A stretch of 64,000 bases of DNA. It comes from an uncultured Acidobacteriota bacterium. GTDB lineage: Bacteria; Acidobacteriota; Thermoanaerobaculia; Multivoradales; SZUA-115. The stretch is taken from contig CAWDVR010000001.1 in NCBI GenBank assembly GCA_963805975.1, positions 480,001-544,000 of the forward strand, given 5' to 3'. The first letter of the stretch is position 1; every line of letters starts with the position of its first letter. Positions 1 through 9,242 of the stretch are shown here, in pieces. The notes beneath the pieces were generated by a model. It made no database searches. It worked only from the letters and a program-made list of their open reading frames with translations, and had not been told where the DNA came from. The translations under genes and the position numbers were made by a program.

Positions 1-1758
1 CTTGTCGCCCACGTACTGGCGCAGGCAGAGCGAGGCAAGGGCCACGGCCTCCGGCGTCCGGCTGGCGGCTGCCGTCTGCTGCGCCTGCCCCGCCTGTGCG
101 AGGGCGGTGCGGAGCGCTCTCTGCCGGCGCCGGAGGCCGCCGTCGAGCGCGAAACGCCGCTGCCTTTGCCGCCAAAAAAAGAGCCCGAGGAAGGCGAGCG
201 CGGGCGCGGCGAGGCCGGCCGCCAGCAGCGCCTGCGCGGGCGCTCCGGCCCTCACCGCGTCCGTTCCGCGGTAGATCGGCAGGAGGTCGTCGGCCAGCAC
301 CTGCACCGCCACTTTGCCGGTGGTGGCCGCCATCGCCTCGGTGAGCCTCAGCTCCTCGTGACCGGCGCCCGGCGCCACCGCCAGCGACAGCGGCGCGGAG
401 GAAGCCGTGCGGTAGTCCCCGGCCGCGGGATCGAAGTACACCAGGGAGAGCGCGGGCAGCTCGAGGGTGCCGGCGGCGAGCGGCACCAGGGCCTTGACGA
501 AGGTCTTCCGGCCGCGGATCTGGTCGCCGGTGCGCTCCAGGGAAGCGGTGGGCTTGTCGTCGTAGACCTTGAAGGCCGAAAGGTCCGGCATCTTCGGCTC
601 GCCGATCATCGTCGCGTTGCCGGCGCCCGAGACGGTGACCTTGAGCGTCGTCGACTCGCCCGCCGCCAGGCTCGACTTCGACAGCGAGGCGTCGACGGCG
701 AAGCGTCCCACCAGGCCGCTGAAACCGGGGGGGGCCGGCGGCAGAGGGCGCACCTCCAATTCTACCGGCGGGGTCCCCAAGCGGCGCGGCTGCTGCTCGA
801 CGCGGCCCCAGATCTCGTCGAAGAGGCTGCCGGTCCGGGCCCGGCGCTGCACGAGCACGGTGGCCTCGAGACGCGGGCCGGTGGCCGCGATCTTGCCCTC
901 CTGTTGCGGGAAGAGCGCCTTGCGCACCTCGGTCACGCGGTAGAGCTGGCCCTGGAACGAGTCCTGATACTCCCTGGCGCTGCCCAGGTCCTCGACCGCG
1001 AAGCCGGGGATCTCGAAGGCCCCGACCCGTGCCTCGCCGACCCGCACGCGGGTGTAGAGGCGCCAGGTGTACACGACCTGCTCGCCCAGGTAGGGCCGCG
1101 GGTTCGACACCGCGGCGGTGATGAACAGATCCCGCCGCTCGGCGGCCGTGGCATCGGCAGCCGCCCTTCCGGGAGCCCCTCTTCCGGGAGCCCCCATTCC
1201 CGGAACCGGGGCGCCCGCCTGCGGCACGCCAAAGCTCTGCCGCTCGGCCTCGACGATGCGCACCCGGATCGGCTGGCTCTCCCGGCGGACGCCGCCCACC
1301 TCGACCGCGATCGGCCCGATCAGGAGCTCGCCGGTGCGCCGGGGCAGCAGGACGTAGGTGAAGGTGACGCTGGCCGCGGTCTGGCCGGCCACGATCTGGA
1401 ACTGGGTCGAGGTGCCCACCGGGCGCACCTCGAAGTCCGGGAGCGCGGGAAGCTCGGGCGGGTGCGCGGCTTGGCCCTCGAGGGTGACGGAGAGGACGAT
1501 CTGGTCCTCGAGCGTCGCCTCGGAGCGGTCGACCGTGGCGCGGATGGCTTGAGCCTGGGCGGCGGTGGCAAGCAGGAACCCGAGCAGCGCGAGTGAGGCG
1601 GCTGCGGAAAGGCCCCTCCCCCTAGCCCTCTCCCCGCACGCGGGGAGAGGGTACCGGAAGGCGTCCGCCACGGGATTCCCGGCCGTAGGGGCGACCCTCG
1701 TGGTCGCCCTCCTGGCCGGCACCTGGTCTGCGCCTTCGTCTCGCGACAGTGCCACCAT
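1..1758 (-). CDS. batD: BatD family protein (3' end runs off the window)
   Basis: Absent from the ORF track because no stop lies in the window. ATG at 1758 follows GAGGAAGG just after the batC stop. Reads ...ASLALLGFLLATAAQAQAIRATVDRSEATLEDQIVLSVTLEG... and the same frame gives SLCLRQYVGDK at the window edge. Occupies the batD position in the operon. Confidence 0.85.
   Translation of the reverse strand, partial: MVALSRDEGADQVPARRATTRVAPTAGNPVADAFRYPLPACGERARGRGLSAAASLALLGFLLATAAQAQAIRATVDRSEATLEDQIVLSVTLEGQAAHPPELPALPDFEVRPVGTSTQFQIVAGQTAASVTFTYVLLPRRTGELLIGPIAVEVGGVRRESQPIRVRIVEAERQSFGVPQAGAPVPGMGAPGRGAPGRAAADATAAERRDLFITAAVSNPRPYLGEQVVYTWRLYTRVRVGEARVGAFEIPGFAVEDLGSAREYQDSFQGQLYRVTEVRKALFPQQEGKIAATGPRLEATVLVQRRARTGSLFDEIWGRVEQQPRRLGTPPVELEVRPLPPAPPGFSGLVGRFAVDASLSKSSLAAGESTTLKVTVSGAGNATMIGEPKMPDLSAFKVYDDKPTASLERTGDQIRGRKTFVKALVPLAAGTLELPALSLVYFDPAAGDYRTASSAPLSLAVAPGAGHEELRLTEAMAATTGKVAVQVLADDLLPIYRGTDAVRAGAPAQALLAAGLAAPALAFLGLFFWRQRQRRFALDGGLRRRQRALRTALAQAGQAQQTAAASRTPEAVALASLCLRQYVGDK
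1613..1651. repeat. CCCCTC(A/C)CCC-type palindromic element inside the batD 5' end
   Basis: CCCCTCCCCCTAGCCCTCTCCCCGCACGCGGGGAGAGGG; related copies at 28133-28240 and 45547-45601. Confidence 0.85.
1685..1709 (+). repeat. GTAG-family REP palindrome
   Basis: GTAG followed by GGGCGACC-CTCGT-GGTCGCCC, an 8-bp perfect stem. Confidence 0.8.
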
Positions 1759-1766
1759 CGCCTTCC

Positions 1767-2636
1767 TCACCAGTCTTTACCTCCCTTGGCGCGCTGGCCG
1801 CGCTGCGGGGCCTTCTTGTTCTGCGGCCGGCCTTCTTCGAGCATCGCCAGGTAGCGGTCGGCCTCCTCCTTGGTCATCTCTCGTGCCGAGGCGCCCGGCC
1901 TTTGCTGCGGGCTGCCTTCGGGCCGAGGCTCGTCTTGCGCGCCCGGCCGCGGCTCGGGCTGCTGCTGTTGCTGTGGGTCGGAGCCCGGCTGCTGCGGGTC
2001 GGGCCGGGGCTGGCCGGGTTGGTTCTGCGGCTGCTGTTGCTGCTGTTGATCTTGTTCTTGCCGGCCTTGCTGCGGGTCCTGCTGTTTCTGTTGTTGATCC
2101 TGCTGCTGTTGGTTCTGCTGTTGCTGCTGCTTCTTCTGTTCCTGCTTGCGGCGCTCCAGCTCCTGGCGCACGAAGTCGAGATTGAACTTTGCGTCGGCGT
2201 CCTCGGGATCGACGCCGAGCGCCGCCTCGTAGTGGCGGATCGCGTCCTCCAGCTTGCCCTGGCGGTAAGAGGTGTTGCCGAGGTTGTAGAAGGCGTGCTC
2301 GGCGAGCCGTTTGTCCTGGCCCTCGGCTACCACCTGGTAGACGGTCTCTGCCGCTCCGAAGTCACCCAGCTTGTAGGCGGAGCCCCCCTCGGCGAGCTTC
2401 AGGCCCTGGCTCTCCGGCTGCCTTGCCAGCCGGTCGCGGAAGCCTTGCAGGGCCTGGTCGTAGAGGCCGGCCTCGTAGGCCACGTACGGGTCGCGCACCT
2501 TCTTCCCGCCCTGTTTCTTGCCGGCCTGGTCCCTGCCAGGAGGGGGCTCCGCCGGCGGCGCGGCGGCGGCCAGCGCGCTCCCGAGCACCAGGACCGCCAG
2601 CCCGAGGGCGGCGAGGAGAGGGCTCCGGCTAGACAC
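1767..2636 (-). CDS. batC: BatC-like TPR protein with Gln-rich C-terminal linker
   Basis: Signal peptide, TPR (AFYNLGNTSYRQGKLEDAIRHYEAAL...DAKFNL), poly-Q tract, C-terminal KDW, operon position. Confidence 0.8.
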   Translation of the reverse strand: MSSRSPLLAALGLAVLVLGSALAAAAPPAEPPPGRDQAGKKQGGKKVRDPYVAYEAGLYDQALQGFRDRLARQPESQGLKLAEGGSAYKLGDFGAAETVYQVVAEGQDKRLAEHAFYNLGNTSYRQGKLEDAIRHYEAALGVDPEDADAKFNLDFVRQELERRKQEQKKQQQQQNQQQQDQQQKQQDPQQGRQEQDQQQQQQPQNQPGQPRPDPQQPGSDPQQQQQPEPRPGAQDEPRPEGSPQQRPGASAREMTKEEADRYLAMLEEGRPQNKKAPQRGQRAKGGKDW

Positions 2637-3684
2637 GGACCGCCTCCTCCCGTCCGGGTGCGGTCGAGCGCTCGCGAAGCGGCCCGCGCTCGGGCACCAG
2701 CGGCTCGAGCATCAGGGCGGCGAGCGCCACGGCGAGCGCCCACTGGAAGCGGTCGTTCCAGCGCTGCCGGCGGCGCGAGCCGAGATCGCGATCCTCGAGG
2801 GTGGCCTTGATGCCCTGGGCGTAGATCTGCTCGAGATCCACGTCGCCGGTCACCGAGCGTACGTAGCGCCCGCCGGTTGCGAGCGCGAGCTTCTGCAGGG
2901 TGGGCTCTCCCAGCCGCGAGAGGATGAGCTCGCCGTGGGCGTCGCGCCGGAAGCCGCCGCCGGGGGAGGGGATGGGCGCCCCCTCGTCGCGGCCGATGCC
3001 GATGGCGAAGATCTTGACCCCCGCCGCCTTGGCCGCCTCGCCCGCGGCCAGCACCTCGCCCTCGTGGTCCTCGCCGTCGGTGATCAGCAAAATGGCCCGC
3101 GAGCCCGCCGCCGCCGTGCCGCCTTCGAAGGCTCCCAGCGACGTGTGGATGGCCTCGGCCAGGGCCGTGCCCTTGACCGGGATCAGATCGGGCTCGAGCG
3201 CCGAGAGGAAGATCTCGGCGGCGCCGTAGTCCAGGGTCAGCGGGCACTCGACGAAGGCGGCGCCGGCGAAGGCCACCAGGCCCACGCGGTCGCCGTCCAG
3301 CCGGCGCAGCAGGTCGACGATCTCGCGCCGGGCGCGGTCGAGCCGCGAGAGCTTCTCGCCCGCGGCGGCGTCCTCGACCAGCATCGAGTCCGAGACGTCG
3401 AAGGCGATCACCACGTCGACCCCGCGACGCTGCACCTCTTCCCAGGTGAAGCCGTGCTCGAGCCCGGCGAGGGAGAGCAGGGCCGCGGTGAGCCCCAGGA
3501 GCACCAGGATCGCCTTCACCACCTGCCGCGGGCGAGACGCGCCGGCCGCGAGCCGCGGCAGCAGCCGGGCGCTCGCGAAGCGCTCCAGGAGGCGGGCCTT
3601 GCGGCGGAAGGCGTAGAGATAGAACACGGCGGCGACCGGCACCAGCCACAGCAACCACAGCGACTCGGGGCGACCGATCCTCAT
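2629..3684 (-). CDS. batB: BatB-like VWA domain membrane protein
   Basis: True start MRIGRPESLWLLWL overlaps the batA stop (ATGA); MIDAS DVSDSM, RVGLVAFAG, CPLTLDY, ITDGEDH. Confidence 0.85.
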   Translation of the reverse strand: MRIGRPESLWLLWLVPVAAVFYLYAFRRKARLLERFASARLLPRLAAGASRPRQVVKAILVLLGLTAALLSLAGLEHGFTWEEVQRRGVDVVIAFDVSDSMLVEDAAAGEKLSRLDRARREIVDLLRRLDGDRVGLVAFAGAAFVECPLTLDYGAAEIFLSALEPDLIPVKGTALAEAIHTSLGAFEGGTAAAGSRAILLITDGEDHEGEVLAAGEAAKAAGVKIFAIGIGRDEGAPIPSPGGGFRRDAHGELILSRLGEPTLQKLALATGGRYVRSVTGDVDLEQIYAQGIKATLEDRDLGSRRRQRWNDRFQWALAVALAALMLEPLVPERGPLRERSTAPGREEAVRV

Positions 3685-4727
3685 GGCAGCTTCCTGAAGC
3701 GCGTGCCCAGGGCGACGATCTCGAGCACCAGGAGCGCCAGCGCCGGCACCACGAACCAGGTGTAGCGGTCCAGGCGCTCGACGTGCGAGCGGGTGACGAT
3801 CTCGGTCTTCTCCAGTTGGTCGATCTGGTCGTAGATGGCGGCGAGCGCGGTGCCGTCCTCGGCGCGGAAGTAGGCGCCGCCGGTCAGCTTCGCCATCTCG
3901 GTGAGCATCGGCTCGTCGATCTCCACGTCGTCGTAGACCACCTGCTTGCCGAGCAGCGTGTCGATGAGGAAGGGCGCTTTGCCGCGCGTGCCGGCGGCGA
4001 TGGTGTAGAGCTTGATGCCGTAGGTCTGGGCGATACGTGCCGCGGTCAGCGGCGCGACGGTGCCGGCGTTGTTGCGGCCGTCGGTGAGCAGGATGATTAC
4101 CTTGGACTTGGCGGGCGAGGCCTTGAGCCGCTTGACCGCGGTGGCGAGCGCCGAGCCGATGGCGGTCGAGTCGCCGGCCATGCCGATCTCCACCCGCTCG
4201 AGGAGCTGCAGCACCACGCCGTGGTCCAGGGTGAGCGGGCACTGGGTGAAGGCCTCGGCACCGAAGACCACCAGGCCCACGGGATCGTTCTCGCGCTTGC
4301 CGATGAAGGACTCGACCACGCTCTTGGCCACCACGAGTCGGTTGCGGCGCGCGCCGAGCGGCCGGTCGGCATCGAGGTCGAGAGCCTGCATCGAGCCCGA
4401 GGTGTCGAGCACCAGCAGGATGTCGATGCCGTGGGTGGTCACCTGGGTCTCGCGGCGCTCGGCCTGCGGGCGCGCCATGGCGAGCACCAGGAGCGCCACG
4501 GTGGCGAGGCGCAGGCCCTGGAACAACGGGCGCAGGCGCACGGTCCAGGCCGGCGCCTGCCTTGCCAGGCGGGCGAGCGAGGAGTAGTGGAGGGTGGCGT
4601 CGCGCCGTGCCGCGCGCCGTGGCAGGAGCCACCAGGCCGCGGCCCAGGCGAGGAAGAGCGGCACCAGCACCCAGAGGAGCCGTGGCTCGCCGAACGACAG
4701 CTCCGACAGCGACGGAGGAAGGCTCAC
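3681..4727 (-). CDS. batA: BatA-like VWA domain protein
   Basis: N-terminal double TM (LAMARPQ), MIDAS DTSGSM, CPLTLDH, TAIGSAL, LTDGRNNAG. Confidence 0.88.
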   Translation of the reverse strand: MSLPPSLSELSFGEPRLLWVLVPLFLAWAAAWWLLPRRAARRDATLHYSSLARLARQAPAWTVRLRPLFQGLRLATVALLVLAMARPQAERRETQVTTHGIDILLVLDTSGSMQALDLDADRPLGARRNRLVVAKSVVESFIGKRENDPVGLVVFGAEAFTQCPLTLDHGVVLQLLERVEIGMAGDSTAIGSALATAVKRLKASPAKSKVIILLTDGRNNAGTVAPLTAARIAQTYGIKLYTIAAGTRGKAPFLIDTLLGKQVVYDDVEIDEPMLTEMAKLTGGAYFRAEDGTALAAIYDQIDQLEKTEIVTRSHVERLDRYTWFVVPALALLVLEIVALGTRFRKLP

Positions 4728-5238
4728 GCCGCGGCCTCCGTCGCCTCGCCCGAGCGCGTCGCATCGACGAACGCGTGCGCCCCGCGGAGGGTCTCCCGGA
4801 TCTCGCCCTCGCCCGGCAAGTGGGCCGCGAACTTCACGCGGTCGGTGTCGCCGAGAAAGCGCCGCAGGCGTTCGCCGGCGGCCGGGCCGAGCGCGGGGAT
4901 GGCAGGCATCCGGCGCACGATCTCCTCGCTCGTCAGGTCGGTGGCGTTGAGACCGAAGCGCGCCTCGACATAGACACGAACCACCTCGGAGAGCTCGAAG
5001 TAGGCGCGCCGCAGGGCGGCACGGTCGGTGAAGTCGGTCGCTCCCAGTCGGTCGAGCGCCGCGAGGACGATCTCGTGCGCCGGCAGCGCCGGGGCCGCGG
5101 GCTTCGCATGGCGCCGCGCCACAGCCAGAAGGCGAGGAGCGCCAGGGCCAGCAGAGCGAGGCCGGCGAGCGCGATCCAGCCCCAGGGCGGCGGCAGGGGC
5201 ACCCGCTCGAGCGGCTTGATGTCGCGGATGTCCATCAT
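4724..5238 (-). pseudogene. DUF4381-like membrane protein of the Bat operon, split by a 1-nt frameshift near 5113-5120
   Basis: N-half MMDIRDIKPLERVPLPPPWGW...FWLWR is in one frame; C-half RRHAKPAAPALPAHEIVLAALDRL...ATDLTSEE...DRVKFA is in another. Confidence 0.75.
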
Positions 5239-6154
5239 TTCCGCCCCCTCCGCCGCCGCTTCTCGCGGGCGCGGAAGAAGCGCACCAGGGAGTCGATGTA
5301 GGGCTCGTCGGTCGCCACCGACACCTCGTCGGCACCGGCCGCGCGCAGCAGGCCGCTCAAGGCCTCGGCCTCGCCGCGGCTGGCGCGCGCCAGGCCCTCC
5401 ACCACCCGGCGGTCGGAGGTGTCCACCACCAGCGTGGCGCCGGTCTCGGCGTCCTCGAGCTCGATCAGGCCGACCCGCGGCAGCTCGCGCTCGCGGCGGT
5501 CGCTGACCACCACCGCCGTCAGGTCGTGCCGCGCCGCCGCCAGGCGCAGGCGGTGCTCGAAGCCCTGGTCGAGGAAGTCGGAGATCAGAAAGCTCACCGC
5601 GCGCCGCGGCGTCACCTTGAGCAGCAGCTCGAGCGCGGCGTCGAGGTCGGTGCCGCGGCCCGCCGGCCGGAAAGAGAGGATCTCGCGGATCACCCGCCAG
5701 ACGTGGGCGCGGCCCTTCTTCGGCGGGATGTAGAGCTCGACCGAGTCCGAGAACAGGATCAGGCCCACGCGGTCGTTGCTCCGGATCGCGGTGTAGGCGA
5801 GGAGCGCCGCCACCTCGGCCGCCACCTCGTGCTTGAGCTTGGCGTGGGAGCCGAAGGCGCCCGAGGAGCTGACGTCGACCAGCAGCATCACGGTGAGCTG
5901 GCGCTCCTCGCGGTGCTGCTTGACGTGCGGGGCGCCGAGCCGTGCCGTGACGTTCCAGTCGATGTGCCGCACGTCGTCGCCGGGCTGGTACTCCCGCACC
6001 TGCTCGAACTCCATGCCCCGGCCGCGGAAGGCGCTCTCGTACTCGCCGGCCACCACCTCGGTCACCAGGCGCTGGGTGCGGATCTGGATCGCCCTGATCT
6101 TGGCGAAGAGCTCCGGCGAGAGAGCCGCGGCGGGATCGGTGGCGGGAGCGGCGC

Positions 6155-6158
<4 letters not shown>
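5235..6158 (-). CDS. DUF58 domain protein
   Basis: GEYESAFRGRGMEFEQVREYQPGDDVRHIDWNVTAR signature; TTG start overlaps the moxR stop. Confidence 0.9.
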
Positions 6159-7147
<989 letters not shown>

Positions 7148-7262
7148 GCGATTCTTCTCCCGGCAAATCGTGGCGGAAACGTGGCGAGGGCCGCCGATTT
7201 GACGCCTCCCGAGCCGGCAAGGCCGGCCTGAAGGGTCGATTGGGCTGCCTGGGGCGGCAGGG

Positions 7263-7278
7263 AGCAAGCAGTGTGCCA
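7263..7278 (-). promoter_or_regulatory. sigma-54 (-24/-12) promoter upstream of the moxR-bat operon
   Basis: Minus strand TGGCAC-ACTGC-TTGCT matches TGGCAC-N5-TTGCW; intergenic and oriented towards moxR. Confidence 0.75.
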
Positions 7279-7300
7279 GTGAATCCAGGTTCCCTGGCCG

Positions 7301-7630
7301 CTACGACACCGCCGCCCGCAACGCCTCCTCGTTGAAGCCCACCAGCAGCGTCTTGCCGCGGACGATCAGCGGCGCGCGGTAGCCGCCGGTCGGGCCCTTG
7401 AGGTCGCTGAGCGTGGTCTCCCGGGCCGGCTGACTGTGGACGGCCTTGCCGCGCGCGATTCGCACCGTGCGGACCTGGGCGAGGAGGCGGGCCGCGTCGT
7501 CGTCGGTGAGCGGCTCCTTCTTCGAGGAGCGCTCACGGCGCACGGTGACGGACTGCTGCGTGAGCACCGCACGGGTGCGCTTGCAGCTCTCTCAGGAGGG
7601 GCGGAGGTAGAGGAAGTCGATGGTGGGCAT
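7301..7630 (-). CDS. ArsC/Spx-like thioredoxin-fold selenoprotein (UxxC; UGA at 7594-7592 read as Sec)
   Basis: MPTIDFLYLRPS-UGA-ESCKRTRAVL...GPTGGYRAPLIVRGKTLLVGFNEEAL; the UGA occupies the first Cys position of CxxC and a SECIS-like hairpin follows. Confidence 0.85.
7555..7587 (-). promoter_or_regulatory. candidate bacterial SECIS element
   Basis: GCUGC-AAGC-GCACC-[CGUGC]-GGUGC-UCAC-GCAGC; the apical loop begins after an 18-nt spacer from the UGA and has G at loop position 2. Confidence 0.65.
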
Positions 7631-7660
7631 AGGGCCGCCAATATACTGGATGCCTGCCAT

Positions 7661-7743
7661 GAGATCCTTCGCTGCGCTCAGAATGACAAGCTGGCTGCCA
7701 GTCCAGCGCCACCGCTGTCATCCTGAGCGCGGCGAAGGATCTC
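7661..7743. repeat. inverted dimer of the GTCATCCTGAGCGCAGCGAAGGATC REP-like family
   Basis: GAGATCCTTCGCTGCGCTCAGAATGACA (7661-7688) and TGTCATCCTGAGCGCGGCGAAGGATCTC (7716-7743); the same family recurs at 22916-22990. Confidence 0.85.
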
Positions 7744-7755
7744 GACACGACTCTC

Positions 7756-8442
7756 ATGAGTGACCCACACCGCAACCTGCACGTGGTGACCGCCGGCCTG
7801 CCGCTCGACGAGGCGCGGGCGGCGATGGTCCTGGTGCACGGACGGGGCGCCACGGCGGAGAGCATCCTCACGCTCGTGCCGGAGCTCGTGGCCGGCGGCG
7901 CGGCCGAGGGTTTCGCCTTCCTCGCGCCGCAGGCGGCGGGCGGCACCTGGTACCCGTTGTCGTTCCTGGCCGAGATCGAGCGCAACGAGCCCTACCTGAG
8001 CTCGGCCCTGGGGGCCCTCGAGCGGCTGCTCGGCCAGGTGGAAGCGGCCGGTGTCCCGGCCGAGCGCACGGTCCTCCTGGGTTTCTCCCAGGGGGCATGC
8101 CTGGCGATCGAATACACGGCGCGCCACGCGCGGCGCTGGGGAGGCGTCGCAGTCCTCACCGGCGGCCTGATCGGCCCGCCCGGGATGCCGCGTGAGTACG
8201 CCGGCTCCTTCGAGGGCACGCCCGTGGTGGTGGGCTCGGGCGATCCCGACCCGCACGTTCCGCGCTCCAGGCTCGAGGAGACGGCCGCCGTGCTCACCCG
8301 GATGGGCGCGACGGTGGATCTCAGGATCTACCCTGGCATGGGCCACACGGTGAACGAGGAGGAGGTCGGGCTGGTGCGGCGGATGATGGCGGAAATCCGC
8401 TACACTCCGCCCGCTCCTCGAGGTTCCCTGCCAAGCCAATGA
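7756..8442 (+). CDS. phospholipase/carboxylesterase (alpha/beta hydrolase)
   Basis: VHGRGA, nucleophile elbow GFSQG, DPHVP, GMGH. Confidence 0.88.
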   Translation: MSDPHRNLHVVTAGLPLDEARAAMVLVHGRGATAESILTLVPELVAGGAAEGFAFLAPQAAGGTWYPLSFLAEIERNEPYLSSALGALERLLGQVEAAGVPAERTVLLGFSQGACLAIEYTARHARRWGGVAVLTGGLIGPPGMPREYAGSFEGTPVVVGSGDPDPHVPRSRLEETAAVLTRMGATVDLRIYPGMGHTVNEEEVGLVRRMMAEIRYTPPAPRGSLPSQ

Positions 8443-9236
8443 TCCGTGAGATCTTCAGCATCGGTGGCCTGTCGATCAGCCCTTTCGGGCTGATGCTGGT
8501 GGCGGCGTTCGTGGTCGCCTACTTCCAGTTGCGCTGGGGCATGAGGCGGCAGGGGATCGGCAGCGAGGACGACGCCAGCGCCATCCTCCTCCAGGCCGGG
8601 CTGGGCGGCATCATCGGCGGCAAGGTCTACTACGCCCTCCTCTACCGCGACTGGCGCCTGCTCTACGACCGCTCGGGCCTGGTCTGGTACGGCGGCTTCC
8701 TGCTCGCCAGCGTGCTGGTGCTCTGGACCCTGCGCCGCCGCCGCCTGCCGTTCTGGCCGGTGCTCGACGCCGCCTCGCTCGGCCTGGCGCTGGGCTACGG
8801 CGTCGGCCGCATCGGCTGTTTTCTGGTCGGCGACGACTACGGCGTGCCCACCGACCTGCCCTGGGGGGTCGAGTTCCCGGTCGGCCTGCCGCCCACCACG
8901 GCGGAGGCGCTGCGCGACTTCGGCGCCGCCGTGCCGGCGGGCCTGCCGCCGGACACGCTCCTCGCAGTCCATCCCACCCAGCTCTACGAGACGGCGATCG
9001 CGACCCTGATCTGGCTCGTGGGCATGGCCTACTTCAAGCGCCGGCCGCCTGCCGGCCAGACGGCCCTGCTGGTGATCGGCCTGTTGGCGGTCGAGCGCTT
9101 CGGCATCGAGTTCCTGCGCGCCAAGGACGACCGCTTCGTCGCCGGCTTCACGCTGGCGCAGCTCATCAGCCTGGGAGTGCTGGCGGTGATCGTCGCCGCC
9201 TGGGCCGCGCGACGCCCGCGGCCGGCGCCGGGCTGA
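8439..9236 (+). CDS. lgt: prolipoprotein diacylglyceryl transferase
   Basis: [35 protein letters not shown]; multiple TM segments. Confidence 0.9.
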   Translation: MIREIFSIGGLSISPFGLMLVAAFVVAYFQLRWGMRRQGIGSEDDASAILLQAGLGGIIGGKVYYALLYRDWRLLYDRSGLVWYGGFLLASVLVLWTLRRRRLPFWPVLDAASLGLALGYGVGRIGCFLVGDDYGVPTDLPWGVEFPVGLPPTTAEALRDFGAAVPAGLPPDTLLAVHPTQLYETAIATLIWLVGMAYFKRRPPAGQTALLVIGLLAVERFGIEFLRAKDDRFVAGFTLAQLISLGVLAVIVAAWAARRPRPAPG

Positions 9237-9242
9237 GGCGCC

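Noticed and set aside
1163-1210. Short direct repeat CTTCCGGGAGCCCC x2 in batD
   Set aside because: Encodes a GAPGR linker duplication; too short and local to be an array or element.
1955-2150. CTG/TTG-rich tandem-like tract and the resulting poly-Leu ORF on the plus strand
   Set aside because: It is the reverse complement of the Gln-rich BatC linker, normal for this family.
7661-7743. Repeat-spacer-repeat resembling a mini CRISPR array
   Set aside because: The units are inverted rather than direct, dispersed in pairs, and there are no cas genes.
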